Source of the DNA: Hyphomicrobiales bacterium
Lineage (GTDB): Bacteria > Pseudomonadota > Alphaproteobacteria > SPJN01
Length of the DNA: 64,000 bases
Direction: 5' to 3'
Assembly: GCA_006844605.1 (NCBI GenBank)
Contig: SPJN01000002.1
Location: forward strand, 16,337-80,336
Below the pieces are notes generated by a model that saw only the letters and a list, made by a program, of their open reading frames with translations, ran no database searches and was not told the DNA's origin. Shown here piece after piece: positions 18,945-28,020 of the stretch; the first letter of the stretch is position 1; each line of letters begins with the position of its first letter. A program made the translations under genes and the position numbers.

Positions 18945-19823
18945 TTAGGCGGATTCAAAGTCCAAACCGATGTCCAAAATAGGGGTTGAGTGGGTCAGCC
19001 CCCCGACTGAGATTAAATCAACCCCGGTTGCCGCGACGGAAGGGATGCGCTCAAGCGACATGCGCCCGGATGCTTCAAGTACAGTGTCCCGGTCCGCAGT
19101 CATCGCCACTGCCTGCGCAAGGTCGTCATTTGTCATGTTGTCGAGCAATACAGCTTCAACACCCAGAGCCAAAACATCGGCCAATTGTTCCAGTGTATCG
19201 ACCTCAACCTCAATCTTGACCATATGGCCATTGGCGGCACGCGCATTTTGAATTGCGTTGGTCACAGACCCGGCAATAGCGATGTGATTGTCCTTGATCA
19301 GAACACCATCATCCAGACCGAACCGATGATTGGCACCACCGCCAGCGCGTACTGCGTATTTTTCGATGGCGCGCAGACCCGGCGTGGTTTTGCGTGTGCA
19401 GCAAATGCGGGCCTTGTGTGTGCCAACGGCGGCGACCATTTCGGCGGTTGCGGTGGCAATGCCTGATAGGTGGGAGGTGAAGTTCAAAGCCACTCGTTCA
19501 GCTGACAAGATAGCCCGCGCCGATCCGGTGATGCGCATCAACACTGCGCCTGATTTCACAATGTCGCCATCTTGCGCCAGTGTTTCGACCACAAGGCTTG
19601 GGTCCATTGTGGTGAAGGCCAGCCGTGCCAGATCAAGACCGGCGATGGTGCCGGGTTTGCGCGCGGCCATGACAACGCTTGCCTTCGCGTCTGCGGGGAC
19701 GGCGCTATTGCTGGTGATGTCACCGGCGCGGCCCAAATCTTCGCGCAGGGCGCTTTCGACCATCGGCTGCAACAATAGGTCCGGCAGGGGTTGCAGTTCG
19801 CGCGGTGTGGTTTCGCTGGTCAT
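18945..19823 (-). CDS. nadC: nicotinate-nucleotide diphosphorylase (carboxylating)
   Basis: 292 aa with TRKTTPGLR, GGGANHRFGL and MLDNM segments. Last gene of nadA-nadB-nadC. Confidence 0.9.
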   Translation of the reverse strand: MTSETTPRELQPLPDLLLQPMVESALREDLGRAGDITSNSAVPADAKASVVMAARKPGTIAGLDLARLAFTTMDPSLVVETLAQDGDIVKSGAVLMRITGSARAILSAERVALNFTSHLSGIATATAEMVAAVGTHKARICCTRKTTPGLRAIEKYAVRAGGGANHRFGLDDGVLIKDNHIAIAGSVTNAIQNARAANGHMVKIEVEVDTLEQLADVLALGVEAVLLDNMTNDDLAQAVAMTADRDTVLEASGRMSLERIPSVAATGVDLISVGGLTHSTPILDIGLDFESA

Positions 19824-19836
19824 AAAATCGTCTCGC

Positions 19837-21420
19837 CTAATGCGTTGAATGGATATGTTTCTTGCTGGCGATTGTCCAATTGGCGGGGCGGGCAGTGGTG
19901 GGCTGTCCCGATGCCTTGGTCAGATAATCGCTGCGGAAATGCCCGCCGATAGAATTGCGCCGTTCCAGTGCCGCCTGTGTTACCAGTCGCGCCGCGTGGC
20001 GGATGGTTTGCAGGCGCGGGTGGCTGACAGGCTCATGCCGGGCGGGGGCATGGTCCAGCCGGTTCAATTCATTCAGCATGATCTGCAGCCCGGTTTCATC
20101 GCGAACGACGCCGACATGCGCGCTCATCATCTGGCGTAGATGAAGTTCCAGCGCCTGTGATTGCGGTGTCTTGGGCGCAAGGCCGCCGGGAATACCTGAC
20201 GGGGCAGGCGGGGTCGGCAGGTCGGCATTTTGAATATCGCGTGCCGCCCGACGCCCGAACACCAACCCTTCGGCCAGTGAGTTGCTGGCAAGCCTGTTGG
20301 CCCCATGCACGCCCGTACAGGCGACTTCGCCAACGGCCCATAGGCCGGGGATTGAGGTGCGGCCATCAAGGTCAACCGTTAGGCCCCCCATATGGAAATG
20401 AGCGGCGGGGGCAACGGGCAATGGCTCTTTCACCGGGTCTATATGGGCAGACTGTGCCGCATCGTAGATCGCTGGGAACTGTTCGGGGAACTTGTCGCCC
20501 ACCGCCTCACGCGGGTCCAAAAGGGCCGCGCCGGTTTCTTGTTTTGCGCGATGGATGGCACGGGCCACAATATCGCGTGGGGCAAGTTCGGCCAATTCAT
20601 GAACGGCAGGCATGAAGCGATGCCCATTGCCATCAAGCAGAATCGCACCGGCGCCGCGCAAGGCTTCGGTTGCCAATGGTGCGGGATCGCGCCCGATGTC
20701 GAGTGCGGTGGGATGGAACTGCACAAACTCCATATCGGACACAGCAGCCCCCGCTTGCGCAGCCATAACAAGCCCACCGCCGATGGCCCCCATCGGGTTG
20801 GTTGTTACGTTATACAGCCCACCAATGCCGCCGGTTGCCAGAATGATAGCGCGGGCTGCCTGCCAAAACGGCGCGCCGGCTTTTTCAGTCGGACCATGGG
20901 GCCGGGGGGCAAGTGATACGCCGCTGATCTGTCCATCACCAACACAAAGCCCGGTGGCAATGTGATCTTCCATAATGGTGATGGAGGGGAGGCTTTTCGC
21001 CCTGCGAACCAGCACGCGCATCATTTCGCGGCCAAAGCCATCATGGGCGGCAGCGCGCAAGACGCGATTGTGGGAATGGGCACCCTCGCGCACAAGGTCG
21101 AACGCGCCGTCTTCGTTGCGGGCAAAGCGGATGCCCATGTCGATCAGGCTTTCAACTTCTTGACGGACACCATCAACCAGAACGCGCACGGCGGTGCGAT
21201 TGTTCAGATTGGCCCCTGCCATCAGCGTGTCTTGAAAATGCTGGGTCGCAGAATCTGTTTCGGCAATGGCGGCGGCGATGCCCCCTTGCGCCCAGGTTGA
21301 GGCGGCTTCCTCTTCAAGCGGGGCGGCGGTGACCAGCAGAACAGGTGCGGGCGCAAGGCAAATGGCAGCTTGCAGCCCTGCAAGCCCGGCACCGATTATC
21401 ACTATAGGCTGGTCTGTCAT
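19837..21420 (-). CDS. nadB: L-aspartate oxidase
   Basis: 527 aa. N-terminal IVIIGAGLAGL FAD fold, plus HFHMGG and VHGANRLASNSL. Confidence 0.9.
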   Translation of the reverse strand: MTDQPIVIIGAGLAGLQAAICLAPAPVLLVTAAPLEEEAASTWAQGGIAAAIAETDSATQHFQDTLMAGANLNNRTAVRVLVDGVRQEVESLIDMGIRFARNEDGAFDLVREGAHSHNRVLRAAAHDGFGREMMRVLVRRAKSLPSITIMEDHIATGLCVGDGQISGVSLAPRPHGPTEKAGAPFWQAARAIILATGGIGGLYNVTTNPMGAIGGGLVMAAQAGAAVSDMEFVQFHPTALDIGRDPAPLATEALRGAGAILLDGNGHRFMPAVHELAELAPRDIVARAIHRAKQETGAALLDPREAVGDKFPEQFPAIYDAAQSAHIDPVKEPLPVAPAAHFHMGGLTVDLDGRTSIPGLWAVGEVACTGVHGANRLASNSLAEGLVFGRRAARDIQNADLPTPPAPSGIPGGLAPKTPQSQALELHLRQMMSAHVGVVRDETGLQIMLNELNRLDHAPARHEPVSHPRLQTIRHAARLVTQAALERRNSIGGHFRSDYLTKASGQPTTARPANWTIASKKHIHSTH

Positions 21421-21434
21421 CTGCCCGTGGCCGG

Positions 21435-22457
21435 TTAGATGATGGCCAGCATCGCTTCAACAGAAGCGCGCGCACCCTTGGCAACAGCCTGATCCACATG
21501 CACTTCATGGCGCATGTGTTGCAGGGTATCTAGGATTTTGGGCAATGTGATCCGCTTCATATGCGGGCACAGATTGCACGGGCGCACGAAATCAACGTCG
21601 GGGAATTCAACCGCCACATTGTCTGACATGGAGCATTCGGTGATCATCACCACACGTTTGGGGCGCTTTTGGTCCACATAGTTGATCAGACCGGAGGTCG
21701 ATCCTGTGAAGTCGGCAGCTGCGATCACATCCGGCGGACATTCAGGATGGGCCAGCACGACAACGCCGGGATGGCTTTTCCGGTATGTTTCGATATCAGC
21801 GGGGCTGAAGCGTTCATGCACTTCGCAGTGACCTTTCCAGGTCAGAATTTCAACTTCGGTCTGCGTTGCCACATATTGCGCCAGATATTCATCCGGGATC
21901 ATCAATACGCGGTCAGTGCCAAGGCTTTCGACAATCTGCACGGCGTTGGAACTGGTGCAGCAAATGTCACTTTCTGCCTTCACATCGGCGGATGTGTTCA
22001 CATAGGTGACAATCGGCACGCCGGGATATTTTTCTTTCAACAAACGCACATCTGCACCGGTGATCGACGCGGCGAGAGAGCAGCCAGCCTCCATATCGGG
22101 GATCAGCACTTTCTTTTCAGGGGCCAGCACTTTTGACGTTTCGGCCATGAAATGCACGCCGCACTGCACGATGACATCGGCATCACATTCGGCAGCTTCG
22201 CGCGCCAATTGCAGTGAATCGCCGGTGAAGTCGGCAATCGTGTGAAAGATTTCAGGCGTCTGATAATTATGCGCCAGAATGACGGCGTTCCGCTCTTTTT
22301 TCAGGCGGTTAATCTCATGCACATAGGGCGCAAAGCTGGGCCATTCGATTTCAGGGATAATATCTGAAACCTTTTCAAACAGCGGGCGGGTCGCTTCTGC
22401 GATCGCGGGCGTGTAGGCAGGCACCGCACTGGCGGTTGTTTGAGCTGTCGTGGCCAT
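21435..22457 (-). CDS. nadA: quinolinate synthase
   Basis: 340 aa with [16 protein letters not shown] and the conserved cysteines (CxxHxxF..., CPHM). Confidence 0.9.
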   Translation of the reverse strand: MATTAQTTASAVPAYTPAIAEATRPLFEKVSDIIPEIEWPSFAPYVHEINRLKKERNAVILAHNYQTPEIFHTIADFTGDSLQLAREAAECDADVIVQCGVHFMAETSKVLAPEKKVLIPDMEAGCSLAASITGADVRLLKEKYPGVPIVTYVNTSADVKAESDICCTSSNAVQIVESLGTDRVLMIPDEYLAQYVATQTEVEILTWKGHCEVHERFSPADIETYRKSHPGVVVLAHPECPPDVIAAADFTGSTSGLINYVDQKRPKRVVMITECSMSDNVAVEFPDVDFVRPCNLCPHMKRITLPKILDTLQHMRHEVHVDQAVAKGARASVEAMLAII

Positions 22458-22534
22458 GGAAAAGCCCCTTCATTCCGGGTGAGATAAAGCGGGGAGGCTT
22501 CCTAATCAGCCTCAACAGGTATATCTCATTAGTT

Positions 22535-22551
22535 TTGCTCAACTTGAGCAT
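22535..22551. promoter_or_regulatory. palindromic operator candidate TTGCTCAA-C-TTGAGCAT in the nadA / acyl-CoA dehydrogenase divergent promoter region
   Basis: TGCTCAA and TTGAGCA are perfect 7-bp inverted arms around one central base. Confidence 0.5.
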
Positions 22552-22593
22552 AAATAGGCGCAAAAATAGACCAGCACAAGCTGGAAGGCCCTT

Positions 22594-22610
22594 ATGCTAC
22601 ATTTGAGCAT
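22594..22610. promoter_or_regulatory. second, degenerate copy of the same palindrome (ATGCTACATTTGAGCAT)
   Basis: Shares ATGCT...TTGAGCAT with the first site. The two sites are 59 bp apart, start to start. Confidence 0.4.
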
Positions 22611-22712
22611 TAAGAAGTCAAGTTATTTTGCGCTTTCATAATGGCGCATCCTTGGGATAGTGGTGAAGTAATTGATAAATATCCACAAAAGTCATGATTG
22701 GCAGGGGCAAAA

Positions 22713-23921
22713 ATGAAACTGGGATTTTCTGACGAGGATGAAGCGTTCCGCGCGGACGTCCGCCAATTTTTCGAAACCGAATATCCGCAAGATATTCGGG
22801 CAAAGCGGGCGGATGGCATCGCCCTTGTGAAACAAGACTATTTGCGGTCGGAACAGGCATTGGCGGCCCGCGGCTGGCTGGCGGTTAATTGGCCAACAGA
22901 CTTTGGCGGCACGGGCTGGACGCCGACCCAGAAAATGATTTTCGATGACGAGTTGGAACGGGCGGGCGCTTTGAACCCGGTGCCCATGGGCGTGATCTAT
23001 GTCGGGCCGGTGATCTATACATTCGGAACGGATGCCCAAAAAGAACGCTGGTTGCCGGACATCCTAAATGGCCGGGTGGTTTGGGCGCAGGGGTATTCGG
23101 AACCTGATAGTGGCTCGGACCTTGCCTCCCTTCAGTGTAAGGCAGAGTTGGTGGCGGACCCGGCGGGGGACTATTATCTGGTCAACGGAACCAAGATATG
23201 GACGTCGCTTGGGCATTTTGCTGATTGGATATTCTGTTTGGTCCGCACCTCGCACGAAGAAAAGAAACAGGCGGGCATCACATTTTTATGCACACCGACG
23301 GATGTGCCCGGTGTTTCTGTTGAGCCGATCATCACAATCAATGGCGGGCATAGCTTGAACGCGGTTCATTTCGACAATGTGCGCATTCCCGTTGAAAATC
23401 GCATTGGTGAAGAAGGCAAGGCATGGACCTATGCCAACTATCTGTTGGGCCATGAACGGACATCCTATGCGCATGTCGGGGAAAAGCGGGTGCGCCTGAA
23501 TGGGTTAAAGGAAATCGCCCGTCAAACAGATACGGGCGGGCAGACTTTATGGGATGACCCTGCCTTCCGCGCCAAGGTGGTCTCGACTGAAATTGAATTG
23601 GACAGTTTGGAATATACCCTGTTGCGGATTGTCAGCGAATTGGCGCAGGGCGATGCACCGGGACAGGCGGCATCAACGCTGAAAATTCTGGCGACCGAAA
23701 ATCAGCAACATATTGACGAGCTTTATTTGGAAGCCGCAGCCTATTGGGGATTGGTCAAATATCCGATGGAAGGGCCGCCAAGCTGGGCATCCAACACTGC
23801 AATTCCGAAATTTGCAGTAATGGGTGTTGAATCCTATTTGGCCAATCGGGCGCAATCGATTTATGGCGGCACCAATGAAATTCAGCGCAATGTGATTGCC
23901 AAGCGGGTATTGGGCCTTTAG
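22713..23921 (+). CDS. acyl-CoA dehydrogenase family protein
   Basis: YSEPDSGSDLASLQ, GTKIWTSLGHFA and SIYGGTNEIQRNVIAKRVLGL. Start trimmed to the ATG at 22713, downstream of a purine-rich AGGGGCAAAA tract that may serve as the RBS. Confidence 0.85.
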   Translation: MKLGFSDEDEAFRADVRQFFETEYPQDIRAKRADGIALVKQDYLRSEQALAARGWLAVNWPTDFGGTGWTPTQKMIFDDELERAGALNPVPMGVIYVGPVIYTFGTDAQKERWLPDILNGRVVWAQGYSEPDSGSDLASLQCKAELVADPAGDYYLVNGTKIWTSLGHFADWIFCLVRTSHEEKKQAGITFLCTPTDVPGVSVEPIITINGGHSLNAVHFDNVRIPVENRIGEEGKAWTYANYLLGHERTSYAHVGEKRVRLNGLKEIARQTDTGGQTLWDDPAFRAKVVSTEIELDSLEYTLLRIVSELAQGDAPGQAASTLKILATENQQHIDELYLEAAAYWGLVKYPMEGPPSWASNTAIPKFAVMGVESYLANRAQSIYGGTNEIQRNVIAKRVLGL

Positions 23922-23957
23922 GTCGATTTGCGGCGCAATTTACATCCTATTTAGACC

Positions 23958-24986
23958 TTATCTACGGGGCAGCTTCATACCCAAATCAAGACGGTCACGG
24001 ATGGCATCGCGGCGGAAGCGGAATTGTTCTGCCGGGCGGCCAACGGTGCCGCGAATTTTTTTACCTGTCGGTTCGACCAATCCGGTTTGATCCAAAAGGC
24101 GGCGGAAGTTTTGCTTGTGAAGCGATGACCCGGCAATCGCCTCGACCGTTTTTTGCAATTCGGTCAGTGTAAAGCCTTCTTCCATCAATTCAAAAATCAC
24201 CGGGCGATATTTTATTTTGGCACGCAGGCGGCTAATGGCGGTGGCCAACACCCGGCGATGGTCAAATCGCATGGTTGGCCCCAAGGGACGGGACCCTGTG
24301 CGTGTTAACCCTTGGTCGCGCAATGCCTCGCCCACAAGTCCCGCTTCGTATAAAAGCTCAAACCGCTCAAGCACTTGTTCATCATTCCAGCGCGCGCCTT
24401 CAAGGCCAAAGCAAACGCGCACCCGTTCTTGCCGTCGTGCCTTGCGCGCCTTGTCTTTTGTTTGGGCAACCCATTTGGCGAGGCCCGGTTCGATATGTTG
24501 CGCGATAAGCGGTGAAGGGCCACCCCGGCGGTCTTCCCACGGAAAGTAAAGCGACCATGGCCGCCATGCGCCGCCGCGTGCCTCATCCGTTTGGGAGGCG
24601 CGGGTCAGCGCCAAATAACCGACGGAGACAAAGTGCGGTGCGCCAGCTTCCGGCTTTGTGAACCGTCCGCGGTCGCCAAATGTGTAAAGCTGTTCGACAT
24701 ACCCAAGTGAAAAGGGTGTTTGTTCAGCCACAAAGGCGCGCAACCCCAGCTCCAGCGTACGGTGGTGTACCGGATCATAGGGGCCAAAGGGCAGGGCGGC
24801 ATCATCGGCAGCGGGCATATTCTGTGGCTGGTCGGATGCCGGGAAGGCGTCAGCGTCATGATTGGGCACTGCCCGGTCACCGGAAACCGTATAGACACAA
24901 GGGTCGCCATCGACGATGGCGGTGATAACGGCATTGATCCCCATGACAAGGGGGGCAGCCTCACTATCAATCTTGCGATCGGTCAC
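23958..24986 (-). CDS. Nudix-like domain plus C-terminal winged-helix protein; probable NadQ-type NAD biosynthesis regulator
   Basis: 342 aa. It has a degenerate Nudix box (HRTLELGLRAFVAEQT) and a basic C-terminus with an HTH-like LTELQKTVEAI segment. Proximity to nadABC fits the NadQ family described for Alphaproteobacteria (knowledge, from memory). Confidence 0.55.
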   Translation of the reverse strand: MTDRKIDSEAAPLVMGINAVITAIVDGDPCVYTVSGDRAVPNHDADAFPASDQPQNMPAADDAALPFGPYDPVHHRTLELGLRAFVAEQTPFSLGYVEQLYTFGDRGRFTKPEAGAPHFVSVGYLALTRASQTDEARGGAWRPWSLYFPWEDRRGGPSPLIAQHIEPGLAKWVAQTKDKARKARRQERVRVCFGLEGARWNDEQVLERFELLYEAGLVGEALRDQGLTRTGSRPLGPTMRFDHRRVLATAISRLRAKIKYRPVIFELMEEGFTLTELQKTVEAIAGSSLHKQNFRRLLDQTGLVEPTGKKIRGTVGRPAEQFRFRRDAIRDRLDLGMKLPRR

Positions 24987-25060
24987 ACTTTTGCCTCAAG
25001 AGTTTGTCGCTATGGTGGTTACGATATATTAGTCTGTCGTTCATTCCATCACCCGTGTCA

Positions 25061-26164
25061 ATGAGGGGAGCTTGCAAAACCGTGACGCGCACCAACAATC
25101 TGATCAGTTTTGCTGGCGGCGGCTCCGCCGGTCATGTCACGCCGAACCTACCCCTTATTGAGCAATTGCAAAAAGAAGGGTGGGACGTGCTTTATTACGG
25201 CACGCCCAAGGGGATTGAGCGCGAGATTATTGCGGGGGCTGCTATTCCCTATCAGCCGATCCCCAGTGGTAAGTTACGCCGCTATTTCAGTTGGCAAAAT
25301 TTCCTCGACCCCTTTGTGATTTTGTGGGGCGTTTTGCGGGCCTGCCTGCATATCGCGGGCAAGCGGCCACGTGTGTTGTTTTCCAAGGGCGGGTTTGCTG
25401 CCGTGCCGCCTGTTATCGGCGCATGGTTGGCGCGGGTGCCGATTGTGATTCATGAAAGCGACCGCACGCCGGGGCTGGCCAATCGTATTTGCAGCCGCTT
25501 CGCCGCAAAAGTCTGCGTCAGCTATGCAGATTCGCCCCTGCTGGCTGATCCGCGCACGGTACTGACGGGTGCCCCGGTTCGCGAAAGCCTGTTCCATGGT
25601 GACCGTGACAAGGCGCTAGCCCTAACCGGTTTTGATGGCACGCGCCCCATACTGCTTTGTTTTGGTGGATCGTTGGGGGCGAAGGCGATAAACGCTGCCT
25701 TGCGTGACGCGTTGGATGATCTGACCAAAACCTATGACGTTGTGCATGTCACTGGCGCAGGTAACCTCGCCCCCTCATTGGAAGGGCTTAGCAATTATTG
25801 GCAGGCGGAATTTGTACAAGAAGAATTTGCAGACCTGTTGGCCGCCGCTGACGTGGCAGTCAGCCGTGCAGGTGCCAATGCCATTGCGGAACTTGTGGCC
25901 CTGCATATTCCCAATCTGTTGATTCCGTTGCCGCTATCCCAAAGCAGGGGCGATCAGATTGAAAATGCGGCGCTGGCGCGCGTTGATGGTCTGTCAGCCG
26001 TACTGCCTGAAGAGGAGCTGACGGCGCAAGGCTTGATCACGGCGCTGGTCGATCTTGATGGCAAGAAAGATGGTTATCGGCAGGCAATGGCAGGCCGATC
26101 CTGTGATCGTGGTGGCGCAGCGGTGCTGGAGGTTATACGGGGTGTTGCCGGCCCACAGGCTTAG
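25061..26164 (+). CDS. murG: MurG-type UDP-GlcNAc glycosyltransferase (GT28), orphan copy outside any dcw cluster
   Basis: ISFAGGGSAGHVTPNL, YYGTPKGIEREII, PSGKLRRYFS, LFSKGGFAAVPPVIGA, IHESDRTPGLANRI. From memory these match the Bacillales-type MurG N-half closely. The start is uncertain (ATG 25061 or in-frame GTG 25082). Confidence 0.7.
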   Translation: MRGACKTVTRTNNLISFAGGGSAGHVTPNLPLIEQLQKEGWDVLYYGTPKGIEREIIAGAAIPYQPIPSGKLRRYFSWQNFLDPFVILWGVLRACLHIAGKRPRVLFSKGGFAAVPPVIGAWLARVPIVIHESDRTPGLANRICSRFAAKVCVSYADSPLLADPRTVLTGAPVRESLFHGDRDKALALTGFDGTRPILLCFGGSLGAKAINAALRDALDDLTKTYDVVHVTGAGNLAPSLEGLSNYWQAEFVQEEFADLLAAADVAVSRAGANAIAELVALHIPNLLIPLPLSQSRGDQIENAALARVDGLSAVLPEEELTAQGLITALVDLDGKKDGYRQAMAGRSCDRGGAAVLEVIRGVAGPQA

Positions 26165-26987
26165 TATCCCGTGTGGCATCGGGCAGGTCGCGTAACCAGT
26201 CCAACTGATCACGCAGATTGACCGTCTTGCCAATAACCACAAGGGCGGGGGGCTTGATTTCATGAACCAGCGCACTTTGCGAACAGCCCTGCAACGTCGT
26301 CGTGACAACCTTTTGATCAGCGGTTGTGGCCTGTGCAATCAGGGCCACAGGTTCCTGCGGGTCGCGCCCGCCGGCGATCAATCGTTCAGTAATCAGGCCC
26401 AAATGGCGCATCGCCATATAAAGCACGATAACAGGTGCGGTTTTGGCAATCGCGTGCCAATCGACACTATCAGGCACATCACCAGCTGCGCTGTGTCCAG
26501 TGACAAATGTCACGGCATGATTGGCATCGCGATGGGTGACGGGAATGCCAGCATAGGCGGGGCCTGCAATACCGGCAGTAACGCCGGGCACAAGACGGAA
26601 CGGGATATTTGCTTCAACAAGTGCCAATGCCTCTTCGCCACCACGCCCAAACACAAACGGGTCGCCGCCCTTTAGCCGCAGCACCTTCTTGCCCAACTTG
26701 GCCTGTTCGACCAGCTTGGCAGAGATGTCGGGCTGCTTCAATGATGGTTTGCCGCCGCGCTTGCCCGCATAGATCAACTCAACATCCGGTCGGGCAGCAT
26801 TCAAAATTGTTTCAGACACAAGGGCGTCATAGATAATGACATCCGCGCTTTTCAGGCCAGCAAGGGCAAGCAGGGTCAGCAGACCCGGATCCCCCGGCCC
26901 GGCCCCGGTAAGCCAAACCCAGCCCGGTTCGATTTGCGGCAAGTCAAAGCCTATGTCATCGCGTGGTGTTGTCATAGCTGTTAACAA
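26133..26987 (-). CDS. cobA: uroporphyrinogen-III C-methyltransferase (SUMT)
   Basis: VWLTGAGPGDPGLLTL, IIYDALV and GGDPFVFGRGGEE. Its 3' end overlaps the convergent murG-like gene by 32 bp. Confidence 0.85.
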   Translation of the reverse strand: MLTAMTTPRDDIGFDLPQIEPGWVWLTGAGPGDPGLLTLLALAGLKSADVIIYDALVSETILNAARPDVELIYAGKRGGKPSLKQPDISAKLVEQAKLGKKVLRLKGGDPFVFGRGGEEALALVEANIPFRLVPGVTAGIAGPAYAGIPVTHRDANHAVTFVTGHSAAGDVPDSVDWHAIAKTAPVIVLYMAMRHLGLITERLIAGGRDPQEPVALIAQATTADQKVVTTTLQGCSQSALVHEIKPPALVVIGKTVNLRDQLDWLRDLPDATRDTKPVGRQHPV

Positions 26988-27709
26988 TCACGCGCTGCGC
27001 TTGCCTGCAAGTCCCTAATGCGTTGCGCGACCGTTTGGGCCAAACGCGGGTCTTCTGTTAGGGGCGGCATGATGGCGGTTTGTGCAGGCCGATCAGACAG
27101 GCGCGCGGCAATTTGGTCCCATAGTTTGCCAGCAAATAGCAATGTCGGCAGGGCAAGCACGGGGCCGGGGGGCAGGGCATCCAGGCAATCCGCCCACCCT
27201 TGATCTGTTGCGCCGACATAACCAACAGCAACAGGGCATGTCAGTGATTGTTCCAGCAACGCGGCCAGTGCCGTCGCCGATTCTTTGAACGCGGGGCCAT
27301 GACTGTCGCGGGCAATAAGAAAAATCGTTGGCGCACGGGCAAAGTCATTAAGGGCCGCGGCTGCATAATCGTACAGCAATGTGTGAAGCAACTCAGGCCC
27401 GCCCAAGGGCGGGGCAATATGGACCTGCCCCGAATAGGATTGCAGGGCATTGGGAATGTCGTCGCTGACATGACTTGCTGGCGTCAGCATCAGGGGCTGA
27501 ATGGCCAGTGCACCAATTTCCTGTGCCTTCATTGCGGCCAGAAGGTCGCTGATTGGCGGGGCGCAATAATCCAGCCACCCCAAATAAACATCCTGCCCCA
27601 GCAGGCGGCTTACCTGCTGCGCGAAGCGTTGCCCTGCGTCTGCGGTTGCCGGGTGGCGGCTGCCATGACCGATCAGCAAGGGGCGGGGGATTGTTTGTTG
27701 CTTATGCAT
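26981..27709 (-). CDS. sirohydrochlorin chelatase, CbiX-like (two-domain)
   Basis: LLIGHGSRHP motif. 242 aa. Overlaps cobA by 7 nt. Confidence 0.65.
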   Translation of the reverse strand: MHKQQTIPRPLLIGHGSRHPATADAGQRFAQQVSRLLGQDVYLGWLDYCAPPISDLLAAMKAQEIGALAIQPLMLTPASHVSDDIPNALQSYSGQVHIAPPLGGPELLHTLLYDYAAAALNDFARAPTIFLIARDSHGPAFKESATALAALLEQSLTCPVAVGYVGATDQGWADCLDALPPGPVLALPTLLFAGKLWDQIAARLSDRPAQTAIMPPLTEDPRLAQTVAQRIRDLQASAARDC

Positions 27710-27870
27710 TCATTCTGCCTATCGAATAAACGTGATTGCTGCAAGTCTGGGCGATTTGCGTAAAAAACCAGCAATTCGGACCGGACTGTTCAGCGATGGT
27801 CGCAAAATTTCCCGATAAACCGGTGTCATAAAACTGGCATGCCTTTTGCATTGTATAGGGGGCGAGGCCG

Positions 27871-27963
27871 ACGTGCCGGACAGATTGACTGAACCCCATA
27901 GCCCCATTGTGGTTTTATGGTGTTAACGATAGTGAGGGATCGTGGTCTGATTGTCCGGCACGT
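27871..27963 (+). promoter_or_regulatory. long-range perfect 12-bp inverted repeat followed by a T-rich tract, in the leader of the TrpD2-like gene
   Basis: ACGTGCCGGACA (27871..27882) and TGTCCGGCACGT (27952..27963) enclose 69 nt, followed by TTCTTGTTTCGGGTTTGCTTGCTTGTT. Confidence 0.35.
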
Positions 27964-28020
27964 TTCTTGTTTCGGGTTTGCTTGCTTGTTCCGGGGCGAT
28001 TCTTCGTTTACCACCGACTT

